Positions 1 through 17,964 of a DNA stretch of 64,000 bases are shown one piece after another. The translations under genes and the position numbers were made by a program. The stretch is from the human T2T-CHM13v2.0 reference genome, Homo sapiens, in the NCBI RefSeq assembly GCF_009914755.1, contig NC_060934.1; one strand, written 5' to 3'. Each line of letters begins with the position of its first letter. The first letter of the stretch is position 1. Under the pieces are notes generated by a model. It was not told the DNA's origin. It saw nothing but the letters and a program-made list of their open reading frames with translations, and searched no databases.

Positions 1-122
1 CCAAAGGAACATTTTAGGGTGATGCAGATAGTCATTATCTTCATTTTGGTGATCGTTTCATAAGTATATCCATATATCAAAACTTACCAAATTGTACACT
101 TTAGATGTGTGCAGTTTTTTAA

Positions 123-862
<740 letters not shown>

Positions 863-2949
863 TATGTAATTTATTGTACATTATTTTGCCTAATAAAACT
901 GTTTTGAAAACAGAGAGATACCTTGCCCAAGGTCACACACATTTTTCTGCAAATCTTGACTGCAGTCCATGTCTGTGGATTCCTGGTATGTCCTTCTGCT
1001 TCCTGTGTTGCTTACCAGGTGGGTAATGAGGCTCAGGGTTTTAACAGTAATGATACCCATTTACAATAACATTTATTTATGTATTGCTCTGTGCTGAAAG
1101 GAGAACTTTGATTTTACACTTTGAAGGTGTTCTCTATCACTTTTCTAAGGCTCTATCTCTTAAATTTAGTGAAAATCAAGTAGCCAACATTGATTGGATA
1201 GTATTTGAGGAACTGCAGGTTAATAGCACTTTTATATGAACAAATTGAGAGAATTTAAATGATTTGACCGAGGTCATCAAGAACAGCAGCTTTGGCACAG
1301 GAATTAGAAACTGGATTGCCCTTGCATTTTGTTTTTCAGCATAAAAGCTACATTTCTGTTCTCTCCATTCTTTATGGGCAAATTGTAACTCTTTTTCCCC
1401 CCAAAGTACCTAAAATAATCTGTTTCTCACAGTCCTTCGTGCGTGTCTTCTTTTTCTCGCTTGTGAATAAGGTGTACTAAATGCCTCCCAGCACACACAG
1501 GACTCAGTGTTATGTTCTTTTTTTCCTCTCAATTCACCGTGTAAGAGAGGCACCACCTATTAAAAACAATATCCACAGACCTGAAGTCAGCAAAGATATC
1601 AGAATGTACTGTGCATGTCAGATTAGGGCTGAAATTCCAACTATAGTGTTTAAATGGGGACTCATTTTAATTAATAAATTTGGTCCTGACATGCAATTGC
1701 TCTTCACTTGATCAATATTTTGCTATTCAGTTGGACAGGTTTTTTTTTAATTTACTGCTGTGTGTGACTGAGTTCCTACTTAATATTCATTGACACAAAA
1801 GGATTCAAAGAGAAGTCAGCCTAACTCTCAAGTAAACAGAATAGAACAGATATACATGTGTTTTGCAATTGCAAGGAAGGTATACTAATTTTGAGATACT
1901 TGAGATTTGGGGCTTTAAAAATAATTAATGGATCTTTATAGTTCAGCTTTACATTTATTGGTTTATCCCTTTTATTGTACTTACATTCCCAAGACCCTTG
2001 GTTGATTATTTTACAATTGTGATTTTAAATGCATTTTGATACTAACTGCTACTTACAGGATATACTTGGTGAATTCTTTCACATATTAACATTACTCTCT
2101 GGTTTATCTATTATGAGAAAGTGTGTGTTTGTGTATGCATGTGTGTGTGTACATATACACACAGATATATAAATTTTCTTAAATTGAGACATCCTTTTCT
2201 ATTATATTTGCAAGTATCACTAAAGAATCTGAGTCACACCTATTCTGGCAGAGAGAAAGAAAACAACGGAAAATTAAAGCTCCAACATGACTTTTTTTTT
2301 TCATTCGTGTCATGGCTCTCATCTAATTGAACACTAGTATGTTTCCTTGGGTCTTGCTGTAAACATTGAAAACTTTTAGTTTTCTTTGGATTTTGGAGAC
2401 TAGATACGATCAGTAGGAAATCGCTAATGGGAATTGATGCTTTTGATTCCAGCCAAGCATACCACCGAGGTCACAGAGGTAACATCCAACTCGTACACAA
2501 AACATGCCTTATAAAACTAGAGCATCGCCGAGGGTGGGTTAGTAACATCTGCAGAGGAACAGCCCTACCTGTGCTGCCAGAATCATCAGTGTAACCAAAA
2601 GTTGTTGTGTTTGCAGAATTCTAAAAGAAAGATCCCGTGTGATTTTTATGTTTGTTATAATTTTCCATTAAGATTGTGAGAATATCACAAAAATGTTTGG
2701 TCCAAAAAAAAAAAGAGAAGAAATCTGAATCTTCTAAAAATATTTCTATTATTACTGGTGGCATTCGAGCCATGTCTCATCTGACTTGCTTGTCAGTCTT
2801 CAGCAATCATTTGGGACTATTTCGAGATTGGATGACCTCATGTTTCAGCTTTAATGCCACATTCCCCCTCAAGCTACTGGCCTATGTTGACAAAATGACT
2901 AGATGACTAGAAAGGGATTATCTAAAAGCACTGTTTCCAGTTCTTCTCC

Positions 2950-4556
<1,607 letters not shown>

Positions 4557-5634
4557 ATCCATCTTTTACCATACCCATTTTGTTTAAGTGTGAAGTTTAA
4601 TGCAATACTGTTTCTCTGTAAATCTAAAACAGTCCTAAGTTTCATCAACAGTTCTCTATTCCTAAAGAATTTATTTAAGGATCAAGATAATAGTCCAGTC
4701 TGCTTTGCTTTAGTTGTTCCTCCTTGCATAAGTATGCCACATAGGTTGAATTATCTTGTCCTGTGGAAAGGGGACACAGACTATTATCCTCCCTTTTGTT
4801 ATGCTTGTTATATAAGCATAATGTTTACATATGAGCTGAATTGCTACTATAGAAGGTAAAGCTGACAGAATGCACAGATGCTGGTAAGGGAAGCAGATTC
4901 CTTCCACCTGGGGTAGGTGCTCAACTTGTTTAATGCATGTTATGATTGGGGTAGCTCAGTATGATGACTTTGCTTGATAAGTTCCTCAGGTAACAAAGCA
5001 GATGGGAGGGGGTACTTATAGGGTTGATTGCTTTTTTCCCAGTGCCTTGAGTTGGAAAGCCAACAATTGTCGTTTTGATCATGAGGCATTTAGGGGGACT
5101 TCTACCTCTGTATGTAATGGGGAGAGAAAGGTGATTTATGGTGAATCTGGAAGCAGGAGTTGTATTTTACAGGTGGTGATGGGAAGATCTGGGGACATGG
5201 ACCCATCGGAGGATGGGCACCTTGTCCTTGCGGACTCGCCCCACCCACCACTCTCAGAGCTGTTCAAATGGGGCCCTGCATGGTTTCGCCACCCTCAGAC
5301 ATTTGTTCTTTATTGTGTGATCTTGTGGTTGAGAACAGAAGTGACTCTTAAAAGGCAGCGCCAGAACTTCAAAAGGAAATGTCTAGGAGGAAGTAGCCAT
5401 GTGTGATGCCTCTTAAATGCCTCTTTAGAAGGTATCAGAGGAGAACAAAAGATAAAGGTACAACCAAAAAGTCTTCTGGAGTTTTTTAAGGGCGGATTGG
5501 AAAGCTAGGTTTGTGAAGCCCAGCCTTGGAGATTTAAGTCATGGGAATGACTGTCCCCAAGATGGCTGCTCTTAAAGTCCCTGCATGGTTGGAGGCCCGG
5601 CAGTCTGGAGCAGCATGGTAGCCTGATCTCTCTC

Positions 5635-5977
<343 letters not shown>

Positions 5978-8471
5978 TAGCAGTGACTCTTCTTTCCCAC
6001 TTGCTCTTGGGGAAAAAAAAAAGCATATAAAGATACACTTTACAGACTTTACAAACATTAGATAAGCCTTACAAACACATTGTAAAAACCCCCTTCCCTA
6101 CCAGAACACAAGCCACCAAATGACCTAGATCTGAACATGAGGCCAACAGATCGGTCTCAACCCCCTTCCGCCTTTGCTTGAGACTCACACACTCTTGCAC
6201 ACTCACACACAAGACTGTGATCTGAGCACTCATCCCCAGCCTTAGAGAATTGGGCCCTTTTCAGTGCCATCTCTCTGGACCCTCAAAAGCAGTAGCTCCC
6301 TCAGGAACCCCTTTATTGCTCTGGCCAGGGCTGAGAGAAGGACATTCCAGTTCTCCCACAGGGGCAGGGTGTGTAAAGGCAGAAGACACAGACAAGGCTG
6401 CCAGCAGATCCACACCCTGTGGCGTGGGCCTGAGGACGTGGGAGGAGCTGTGCTGGGAACAGCAGGGAGACCCAGGGAGGGGAGTGGGCAGAGAGCCAGG
6501 GACTAGCCTAGGAAGGGATGATCCGGCTGGCTGCTGGCTTCAGGCTGCAGTCAGGCTGGATTTGCCTGAGAGTGTCCCCAGGGCAGCTGTACCCTGTTAC
6601 AAGGGAGGAAACTTTTCTAACAGCCCTAGGAAAGCCTATTGAAAGCTTTCAGTAGTGAACCAGAGACTGAACAAATAACGACGTAATTATTACATAACAG
6701 TAACAGGAAAACTTTAGAGCGTAAATGGTAACAAAAGTTGTTCCCCAATATATAAACTTTGGATACCCTAAAAGCAGCTCAGCGTGACTCAGTTTTTGCT
6801 ACTAGCATAAAACCAAAAATAATCAGATCCCTGCAGAAGTAGAGGGTACTCAGGTATCCACCTCCATAGCACTACTTAAGAAATAAAAATAAAATAACCT
6901 GTTCATAGAGTGGACAGCACAACTTGAATGCCAAAAGGCAGAGAAGGTTCTGTTCCTGGCTTTGATGCTGACGCTTGGGAAACACCCCTTGTCTTTCTGC
7001 ATCACACACAAGCCTGCCTGGGGCAAGAATCCAGAGGCTTGTATATGCCCATGTCTAAATATTTTTAAAGGTATAAATCAAGCTAACAAACTATTAGATA
7101 AAATGTGTTCTATCCTCATACTTTGACAAATTTACCTTCACGATGACCGAGGATGCCAGATTTGATTTTAGACTTCTCTGAGCCCTCACAGTTGTGGGCT
7201 GGATCATGTGATCAGGAAGGGTCCCCCCCACATCCCAGCCTGCAGCAAGCCATCTTCCCTCCTCTTCATCCTCCCTCCAGCTCCCTTCCGCTTTGCAAGG
7301 AGGCTCAGGCACACGTGAGTGATTTTCCTCAACTACACGGGCAGGTTCCCTCCATGTGCCCTGCAAACAGCATTCTTTGGTCACCCCTCAGTGTGAGGGG
7401 TGCATACACCAATGTCAGGCAAGGATTACGGGACAAGGACTCCCTTCCCAGACTCCTCCTCCATTCCACAGTTTGACCCTTATTCCTTCAGGACTTATAC
7501 CCCTAATCCCTGTACTTCCATCAAGTCAGTCACAAGGATTTAGGGAAGCTGATCATTTCTATGAGAGCTGGCAATGGATGGATTAGGTTCCTTTATGTTT
7601 TCAGGTCACGTAAGAGATACAGCGAGTCTTTTGTTTTTTTTAAGAGCTCCAAGATGAAGGCCAGCATGATATGAATTTCCTCAAACTGCCCACACAGTCT
7701 TTCTCCCCACCCTCTGGGGAAAAAAATCTGAGCCTCCCCCTCAGATACCTAAGAAGAAGCTGAGAAAAATCTGCCCAGAAGAGGAACAGCTGCTGAGAGC
7801 CTGCCTCACCCTCCCTGGCTGGCCGTATTTCCAACTTTGTTGCCTTCTTCAGTAGATCTGGGGAACAAAAAAGCAAGGCGTGAAATTTGAGTGTTCCCAA
7901 GTCTCTCTCCATAGCTGCCCGTGAGCAGTGTTACCTTTTGATTGAGGCACTCACGCTTGAGGGCCACATGAATAAATGCACGCCTAAGTGTGAGGGTGGC
8001 AAAGACCAATCATTCACAGACTGATGGGAATTGTTTCCCTAAAATATTCCCCTGAGCTGCTAGAAAGGGGGTGATTTCCACGAGAGCATAGACTGATGCG
8101 GACTAGAATTGCTAGGACAGGGAACCCCCGTGGACGGCTGGCCATTGAGACACAGTGGAGAGGAAGGAGACCATGGTGTGAAGTCTACGAATGAGAGTGA
8201 GGAAAAGGAAGAGGTGGGAAGAAGTGGTACCCAAGGATAAGGCTTTATGGAATCTAAGCATCCCACATTTACTGTTTTTAAAAATGAGCTTGAAAAATTA
8301 GGGTGTCCGTCCTGTGAAATGGAATCCCACAGCCACAGATCTGCTAACATTTGTTTATATTTGTTGTCAAAGAATAGCTTGATTTTTTTTTTTTTTGGTT
8401 ATTAACATAACTTAAGTGGAATAAAAGTATAAAGGAGCAAGCACCATGGTTTTCTGTCATCTCCTCTCCTC

Positions 8472-8783
8472 TTTTCTTTTTTCTTTTCTGAGACAGAGTG
8501 TTGCTCTGTCACCCAGGCTGGAGTGCAGTGGTACAATCATAGCTCACTGCAGCCTTGATCTCCTGGGCTCCCGGGTCCTCCTGCCTCAGCCTCCGTAGTA
8601 GCTGGGACTACAGGCATCTGCCACCACCAATAAAAAAAAAATGCTGCTTTTTTTTTATTTTTTGTAGAGATCATCTCATCATATTATTCAGGCCGGTCTT
8701 AAACTCCTAGCTTCAAACGATCCTCCTCCCTTCTTGTCCTCCCAAAGTGCTGGGAATACTGGTGTGAGCCATTGCGCCCAGCC
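8472..8783 (-). mobile_element. Alu (AluJ-like)
   Basis: atcatagctcactgcagccttgatctcctgggctc (J-type); rearranged linker. Confidence 0.9.
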
Positions 8784-9419
8784 AACACTGTTTCCTTTCC
8801 ACTTGGAAAGTAGTTTATCCTGGAAATTCCTGGGATCCCGACTTTTGTTTACCAGAGTGGAAAAGCTAATCAAGTTGATACTTCCCCAGTATCTTTCTCC
8901 CCCAACTTGAGGACCAAACAGGTTGTGCCTTTTCAAAAAGAATAATTTTTTCCCAATAGTAGAAAATAAATCTTGAACAATAAAATTTATACACTTCACA
9001 TTGATGCTTTTTAAATCTACACGCAAATTACATAAAAAATAGCACTTCATGCTGAAAACTTTCTAAAGATATATTCACTCCTCTGTAATAACTACTGGTT
9101 ATCACTACGTAAAATACCAATACTTTAGCACACAAGAAAAATTTTAGATTAACTCAGGCAGTTTCTCACTAAAGTCCATAATCTCTGCGCCTAAATCTGC
9201 TAATCACTGTAATTGAAGAAAATGCAGGAAGTATAAATCTCCTAGGGGGCAGTGTTTGTAACCCTTTTTAAAAAGAAATTACACCCAGAGTCTTTTTGAT
9301 AGTTTGAAAACATGCACTGGAAACTGTTGCATATCCCTAAAAGGCCAACTTTTTTTTTTTTCCTGGGGCCATGATTATTTAACTTTTACATTTTTGTTCT
9401 TATCTTTAAGAAAATCTCT

Positions 9420-9716
9420 GCTGGGTGCGGTGGCTCACGCCTGTAATCCCAGCAATTTGGGAGGCCGAGGCAGGCGGATTACCTAAGGTCAGGAGTTTGA
9501 GACCATCCTGGCCAACATGGTGAAACCCTGTCTCTACTAAAAATACAAAAATTAGCTGAGTGTGGTGGCAAGTGCCTGTAATCCCAGTTACTCGGGTAGC
9601 TGAGGTAAGAGAATCGCTTGAACCCAGGAGGCAGAGGTTGCAGTGATCACACCACTGCTCTCCAGGCTGGGTGGCAACAGAGCAAGACTCGTCTCCAAAA
9701 AAAAAAAAAAAAAAGA
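9420..9716 (+). mobile_element. Alu (AluS-like)
   Basis: Full dimer, poly-A, TSD aagaaaatctc. Confidence 0.95.
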
Positions 9717-9966
9717 AAGAAAATCTCATTCTTTCTGACCTTTGCTCTTTGCTTTCTATAACCACTCATCAGAAGCTAAGGGCCATAACTACATCCAGAT
9801 TTGGCCTCCTGAGTCAGATCTGAGTGCTCTGTGGGAGGGGAACTATTAAGACAGCTCTCTTTTGTCACTTTTAAAATGATTTTTCTTTAATTTTTTGAAT
9901 GGAAAAAATACAGAAAACATAATATAGTAATACCATAAACAGATGTTAGTGTCTGTTTAATGTCTG

Positions 9967-10150
9967 AGAGGCAGAATGGTACAGTGGTGAAGACAATTAG
10001 CTAGGTAAGTCACACAACTTACTTCTCTCTGCCTCAGTGGTCCTCATCTGTGAGATGGGGATAATAGTAGTGACCTCATACAGAAGATTAAATGAATTAA
10101 TATGTGGAAGAGTTTGGATCAGTGCCTGGCACATAGCAAATGCTATATAG
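9967..10150 (+). mobile_element. MIR
   Basis: ctctgcctcagtggtcctcatctgtgagatggggataatagta...cagtgcctggcacatag core. Confidence 0.8.
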
Positions 10151-10229
10151 GTTTTTGTCAGATTTTAAAGAGAAAAACATGTTTCCATAATTGCTTGAGC
10201 CCTCTTACACTTTTAAAGTAAAATATTGT

Positions 10230-12440
10230 AAAACCCCTGCACTTTCTTTCCCCATCCTTTGCCAGAGCTAACCACATGCTGGAGTTGGAGAGTGTAACTA
10301 CCATGCACATTTTGGGCTTCCACTATGCTCACAATGTATATTATTGTTTTGTGTGTTATAAAGCTTTACTTAAATAGGATCATACTGCACGTATCCTTTT
10401 ATAAGTTTCGGTGTTCACTCAGCATTATGTTTTTGAGATTCATCCATATTGACAGAGATGGTTCTAGTTCATAATTTGTTACCGCTGTTAACTGTTCCAA
10501 TGTATCAATAACCCACTGAGAACAAGCAGATGACAAACGGTGCTACAATGAGCTCCATGGAACAAGTGTCCACATGTGAGATTTTCTCTGCGATGGTCAG
10601 CTTAAAAGACGTAGCTAGGTATGGGAGGCACCTCTTCAACTTCATGGATAGGGTTCAATAGTGATTATGCAAATTTACACTCTCACCAGCAGTAAATAAC
10701 AGGCTGTATTTTCCCACATCCTCACCAGTACTTGAGGCTGTTATATTTTCTGACTTTTCTCTATGTGACGAGAATAAAATAGGATGTGACATTTTTCATT
10801 TTTATGTCCATAATTACTAATTTATTGGCCACTGGAGTTTCCCTCTCATTGAATTGCCTATTTATATCCATTTTTGGATATCCATTATTGTCTATTTTCT
10901 TATTGCTTTATAAATGTTCTTTAATTATTCTGAATGCAAATCCTTGGTAGAGCATGTGAGTTGTAAATATCTTCTCTCTGTGGTTTGTCTTCATTACTTT
11001 GTTTGTAATGTCTTTTGTAGTTCAAAATCCTCATTTCAATGCAGTTTAATTAGGTAATATTTTCCAGCATAGTTTATGATCTTTGTTTCTTTTTAAAGTC
11101 CTTCCCTGTACCAATACACTGGGAGACAACACCATGTGGTGTTTTTAGTTTTTTGTTTATGCGAAGTTTTAGAGTTGAGCTTCTCACATGTATGTCTTTG
11201 GTCCATCAGGAATTGCTTTTACTTATGGTGTAAGAAAGGGATGTATTTTTTACTTTTTCCATATGGAAAACCAATTTTCCCGACACTATTTATTGAATAG
11301 TCATTTCTCTATGGGTTTGTATGACCTCTTCTGTCATATATCAAGCTCTCACAAAGTCTGTGTCTTTGTCTAGGCTCTCTGTTTCATTGCGTAGTCTTGT
11401 TTGTCCTATCCGTGTGCCAAGCCACACTGGCTTAATAGTGCTGATACCTGGTGGAGCAAGTACCCCCTCTTATTATTATTCCTCAAAATTGCCAGATTGA
11501 TGTTATAAGTGGTTTTGTTTGTTTGTTTGTTTGTTTGTTTTGTTTTGAGGTGGAGTCTTGCTCTGTCACCCAGGCTGGAGTGCAATGGCGTGATCTTGGC
11601 TCGTTGCCACCTCATGCCTCCTGGGTTTAAGCAATTCTCCTGCCTCAGCCTCCCAAGGAGCTGAGACTACAGGCCTATGCCACCACACCCAGCTAATTTT
11701 TGTGTTTTCAGTAGAGACAGGGTTTTACCATGTTGGTCAGGCTGGTCTCAAGCTACGGACCTCAGGTGATCCACCCACCTCAGCCTTCCAGAGTGCTGGG
11801 ATTACAGACGTGAACCATCATGCCTGGCTGTAAGTGGTATATTTTTATTAAACTGTATTCTCTATTTTTTCTAGTATTTCAGGTTGCTGTCAATCCTATA
11901 TATTGATCCTGTATCATTCAGTTATATTGAATAGTTATAATAGTGTATCTGCAGATTTCCTTACATTATTATATTGTCTATGAACAAGTACCATTTTGGC
12001 TATCTCTTTTTAATCCATATTGCCTTTATTTCTTTTTCTTATATTCACCATGCTAGTGAGTTCTTAGGATGCAGTGACAGCAAAAATTCCAAATTTTAAA
12101 ACAATCCTTCTAACATTTCATCACTGAGCCTGATACTTGTTTGAGGTTTTTGCTAAACATAAGAACATTCTTTTTAATTTTTAAATTACTGGTTTTTAAA
12201 AAAGTTATGAATGTGTGTTGGATTTTTCTTAACATTTAGCTGACTCTGTTAAGATAAGTGTATAGTTTTTTTATTTATATTGCAGAAAATTTTAGGGCTG
12301 GACTGTCTAATGTGAAACCAGCCTTACATTCCTGAGATAAATTATTTTGGATCATGATGTGTTTGTTCATATATTGCTGTATTTGCTTTACTAATATTTT
12401 ATTTAGGGCTTTGGATTTGAATGTAAAATCCCTTCTTATT
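10230..12440 (-). mobile_element. Ancient L1M (L1ME-like) fragment, interrupted by an Alu
   Basis: ttcactcagcattatgtttttgagattcatccat, aatttacactctcaccagcag, ttttcccacatcctcaccag, catatggaaaaccaattttcccgacactatttattgaa: antisense L1 3' UTR and ORF2 remnants. Confidence 0.75.
11513..11829 (-). mobile_element. Alu (AluS-like) with (TTTG)n tail
   Basis: Full dimer; TSD core taagtggt. Confidence 0.95.
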
Positions 12441-12443
12441 CTA

Positions 12444-12808
12444 TGTCTTCGTCTGTTCTCATGCTGCTAATAAAGACATACCTGAGACTGGGTAATTGAT
12501 CAAGAAAAGAAGTTTAATGGACTCACAGTTCCACATGGCTGGGGAGGCCTCATAATCATGGCAGAAGGCAAATGAGGAGTAAAGTCACATCTTACATGGT
12601 GGCAGGCAAAGAGAGAGCTTGTGTAGGGGAACTCCCTTTTATAAAACCATCACCTCATGAGACTTATTCACTATCACAAGAACAGCATGGGAAAGACCCA
12701 CCCCCATGATTCAGTTACCTCCCACCAGGTCCCTCCTATGATATGTGGGAATTATGGGAGCTACAATTCAAGATAAGATTTGACTGGGGACATAGCCAAA
12801 CCATATCA
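12444..12808 (-). mobile_element. THE1-type MaLR solo LTR
   Basis: tg...ca termini, ctgttctcatgctgctaataaagacatacctgagactgggtaatt...ggggacatagccaaaccatatca, 365 bp; near-match 5 bp TSD ttcta/ttctc. Confidence 0.9.
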
Positions 12809-13360
12809 TTCTCTCTTTCTAATATCAAGGTTTATACTAGCCTTATAACATTAATTGATATTATAATATTTGATTTAAACCACAGCTCATCTTAAGTGTT
12901 AGAATTCAGATACAGTTATAGCATATTCGTAATTAGAATAGTGTTCCTCACAGCATTTTCTTATAATATTTTCTCCCTTAATTGTTGAGTAACCTTTGAG
13001 ATGAAAACGAGGACTCAACTGATGTTGCTACAAGTTCTGTTGTGACTTTACATTATAGCTTCTTCATGGACAAGTTTCTAAATATCCATGCAAAGGGACA
13101 AGAAGACCTATTTGGAAGGACCAGGAGGATCACAGCACTGGAAATCAGCATCTTTCACTCAGTCTGAATTCCAGAAATCATCAATTGATTCTTTCAGCCA
13201 TTGTTTAGAGAAATGCCTTGGGATGCTCATTTCAATGATATTAACATTTTACTTGAATCCCAATTGCACCAATTTGTCTGAAACAAAACAAAGTTAAAGG
13301 GGTAAGCCCCAGGGCTTTCTGTGGAGAATGAGTGCCTCCAAGCAGAACTCTGCCCAGTGA

Positions 13361-13741
<381 letters not shown>

Positions 13742-13814
13742 TAGATTTAACTTTTAACATGTTCTTTCAGGGTGCTAACATAGGTTTCCTCACACTTATG
13801 AGTCTTTAAAGCAC

Positions 13815-14360
<546 letters not shown>

Positions 14361-15106
14361 AAGGGCACATTCAAAATTGGAATTTAGCTTAAAATTATTA
14401 TTGCCTGGAATTTCTCAGTCCTTCATAAAGATTCGTCTAGAGACTCTCAAAGTCTTACATTGTCCTCAAGTATCAGGTCACTAAGTGAAATAAAAAAATA
14501 ATTGACAGATAGATCCTTCTTGAATACAGCAAAAATTTGGTATTTACCCAATTCAAGATAAAAACAGTGAAATCCAAGAGTAAAGTTATTCCAAATTTTT
14601 TTTTTTTTTAAATCCAGACTTTCTGCGGAGAATGAATTTTCTATTATCTTTTTCTTCTTTGCAAGGCAATTGTCATCATTCTGCTTTGTCACCTACTTTA
14701 AAAGCTATCCTATAGGAAGGGACTTAACAGCGGGAGAGTTCTCTCTGGGATTTGAGAAGTTACTGACATCAGAAGGTATCCTAGAGCCATTTGAGGAACA
14801 CACACACCCTTGTTCAAATCGCTGCTGTGTTTGAAACAAAATGTCAGCTGGTGTTAGGTAAGAATTGCTAACTTCTAAAGAATAGTGTCATTTATAGAAC
14901 CACTGCAGGGGTTAGAACACAGAGGATGACCAGAAAACACCTCCAAGAAGAAAGAGATTGAGTGAGACTTTTTTGATTGCTTTTGTACTCCCGAGTTCCT
15001 GGCACAGGCCTGGCACAAGATGGGAACTTGTCTAGTGAATTAATGAAGCCATTTCTACCGTTGCCTCTAGGGTACCTCTAAGTACGTTATATTCTTTGTG
15101 GGTGTT

Positions 15107-15425
15107 GTTTTTCTGTTCTGTTTTTTGTTTTTGTTTTTGCTTTTTTTGAGACGGAGTCTCACTCTGTCGCCAGGCTGGAGTGCAGTGGCATGATCTTGGC
15201 TCACTGCAACTCCGCCTCCCAGGTTCAAGCAATTCTCATGCCTCAGCCTCCCGAGTAGCTGGGATTAGAGGCACATGCCACCATGCCCAGCTAATTTTTG
15301 TATTTTTAGTAGAGACGGGGTTTCACCATGTTGCCCAGGATGATCTCGATCTCCTGACCTTGTGATCTGCCCACCTCGGCCTCCCACAGTGCTGGGATTA
15401 TAGGTGTGAGCCACCGCGCCCGGCC
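15107..15425 (-). mobile_element. Alu (AluSc-like)
   Basis: tgtcgccaggctgg and caggatgatctcgatctcctgaccttgtgatc diagnostics. Confidence 0.93.
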
Positions 15426-16049
15426 TCTTTTTAGTTTTAAATCATAAGACTCTTGAATACAGTCTCTTAAAGATATGCTACTGTGTTAACTGTACTGGAA
15501 TCTTTTGCTTACCTTAAATGTCAATGTCTTTCCCATTTCAGATGCCAGTGTACATTCTACCAACTCTACTGAAAGCTTTTATTTGAGCAGCCCTTGGCTT
15601 ATTTCCTCTGGCTTCAAAAATTACCCAGTTAACTGAGTAGGATTCCTAACTGGCCAGTCCGTTTAGCGATTTTTTAGATGAAAGTTTTAGATTTTAGTGC
15701 AGAAGTTGTCTTTGAAGATTATCAAATCAAAACATCCTTATTTTAGAAAGATGATACAGAAAATCATAAGGAAATCTGAGTGAACTTACCACCCTTCACA
15801 TTTTAGGGTATAGTCATCAGGTATTTCAGGAGACTTAACTTGAACCTAACGAAACCAAGTTTCAGGCCCCTCTAAATATAAATGTTCACTTTTATACCTA
15901 AGTTTCTGTTTCAAATGTTGTTATTCTTGTTCTTAAAGAGGCCACTCAAAATTGTGTAAGCTTCAGGGCTCACAAAATGTGGGGTCCATCACTGTCATCA
16001 AGGTGATTAATTGATTTGTATAAATCTAGTTCCTTTCTGTTTTATGATA

Positions 16050-16480
16050 TGCTTTGTCATTTAATAAAATACAGTTTTTTCACATTGCCATATTCTCTTA
16101 CAATTGCTTTTCATAACTGTTTAGTGTTCCAGTGAACAGATTTATTAAATGAACTACTTATTAAATCAATCCCCTATTGTTGGAGATTCTCCCTCACCTT
16201 ATATTATTCCTACAGTTGATACTTCATTGAGTGTCTAGGTAAGGATGTCATTGTGCCTAAATGTGTAAAAGTTGAATTAGTGCTTCAAACCACATGTGTA
16301 CTTTGGGGGCTTTTGATACATTGACAAATAACCCTTCAGAGAAATGGTATCAACTTACTTTCCCAACAGTGATATGTGGGAGTATCCATTTTCCCATCCC
16401 TTGTCAGCACTATTTATTGTATCAACCTTTGCCAATGTTGTAGGTGTAAAAACTTACCTTGCTATTTTAATTTTAATATT
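16050..16480 (-). mobile_element. Ancient L1M fragment
   Basis: caatcccctattgttgga, ttgatacattgacaaataacccttcaga, ttactttcccaacagtgatatg. Confidence 0.6.
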
Positions 16481-16866
16481 TTTCATAAGTTGAAAACTTA
16501 TTTCCCATCAGAAAACGCAATAAGAATCCTTTATATATTTAAGGCATTAGCCATTTGCCACTGGTATTGCAGATGGTGATCTGCATAGTCCTAAAATGGA
16601 TTTGGAGAAACTGAGGCATTTAGTTTATTTGGAATTGTCACCGTCAGCTGCCTGCAGAAGACGCCCTTCAGGGAAAATGGTATTGCTATTCCAAAAGGCA
16701 AGCATACATCATATTCACTTGGCCACATTACAGGAATAATTTAATGTGTTTCAACTAAAGGTATCTGAGCGTCTACTAGGTACCTAACTCTGTACTCTAT
16801 CTTACCATCTGGTGAGGGAAACTGTATACAACAAACCATAATGCAGGATTAAAAGCCACGCTTGCA

Positions 16867-17159
16867 GCCAGGTGTGGTGGCTCCACCTGTAATCCTAGCA
16901 CTGTGGGAGGTCAAGGTGGGTGAATCACCTGAGGTCAGGAGTTCGAGAACAGCCTGGCCAACATACCAAAACCCCGTCTCTACTAAAAAAATACAAAAAT
17001 TAGCCGGACATGGGGGCATATACCTGTAGTCCCAGCTACTCAGGAGGCTGAAGCAAGAGAATCACTTGAACCCAGGAGGTGTGACGTTGCAGTGAGCCGA
17101 GATCGCACCATTGCACTCCAGCTTGGGCAACAGAGCGAGACTCTGTCTGAAAAAAAAAA
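16867..17159 (+). mobile_element. Alu (AluSx-like)
   Basis: Full dimer; TSD aaaagccacgcttgcag / aaaagtcatgcttgcag. Confidence 0.95.
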
Positions 17160-17964
17160 GTCATGCTTGCAGTCTCAACAAAATACAATATGAGCACATC
17201 GGTGAGGTAAATTAATTCCTTCATTCCTGATGAGGAAATGATGGAGTAGTAATGGGGGAAGATTGTTCAGAGGACTTGATGTATATGTGAAGCAAAGAGG
17301 TGGTGAGAAGTGCGTGGCGCAGCGTGTGGGATGAATGTGCACCGTAAGAGGTCCAGTCCCACTGCGGTGCCCTAGCAAAGTGGGACGCTTCGGGAAAATA
17401 AGGCAGGAAGAGGAGTTGAGGTCACATGGTGAATATCCTTGGATACCATGTTGAGATAAAGATATTTTAGAAGATGTCCCACATTCTGGAACTGATTCTG
17501 AGACGCAAAAGATAATGAAGATGTGTGGGCACAAGTGTGACCTGCCAACTGCACCCTGCTTTTTGTAAAATGTGAGTAAGAGATCTTGGTTAAAATCCAC
17601 ATTCCTTTGCAAAGCCATGGAGGTGAAAGAACCCTTCAGTGTTCAGGCTTCTCAGGGGGACACTGAGCATTGCAAGGTTCATATCGACACTCACTCTGGC
17701 ACAGGTTTCAGAGCTCGGCACCTCCCCCTCCCACCCCACACCCCCATCCAGCATGTGGATCCATTCTAACCCTGTGATGGCATTCCCTTCGGTTGAGGTA
17801 AAGACGGGAATCTTTTTTCTGAGCTGCACCCAGCACGCTTCAACATCTTCAAGCAGATGGTCAGCCTAAAAGTGTGAGGATAGCTCAGGTTGCCCTGAGA
17901 GGATGCTTGCAGGAGATGGACAGAGCTAAATGCAGGATTTCAGGAGAAGTATGCTTCAAGAAAG

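Noticed and set aside
17175-17869. 147 aa minus-strand ORF and neighbouring ORFs
   Set aside because: No recognisable homology or gene structure.
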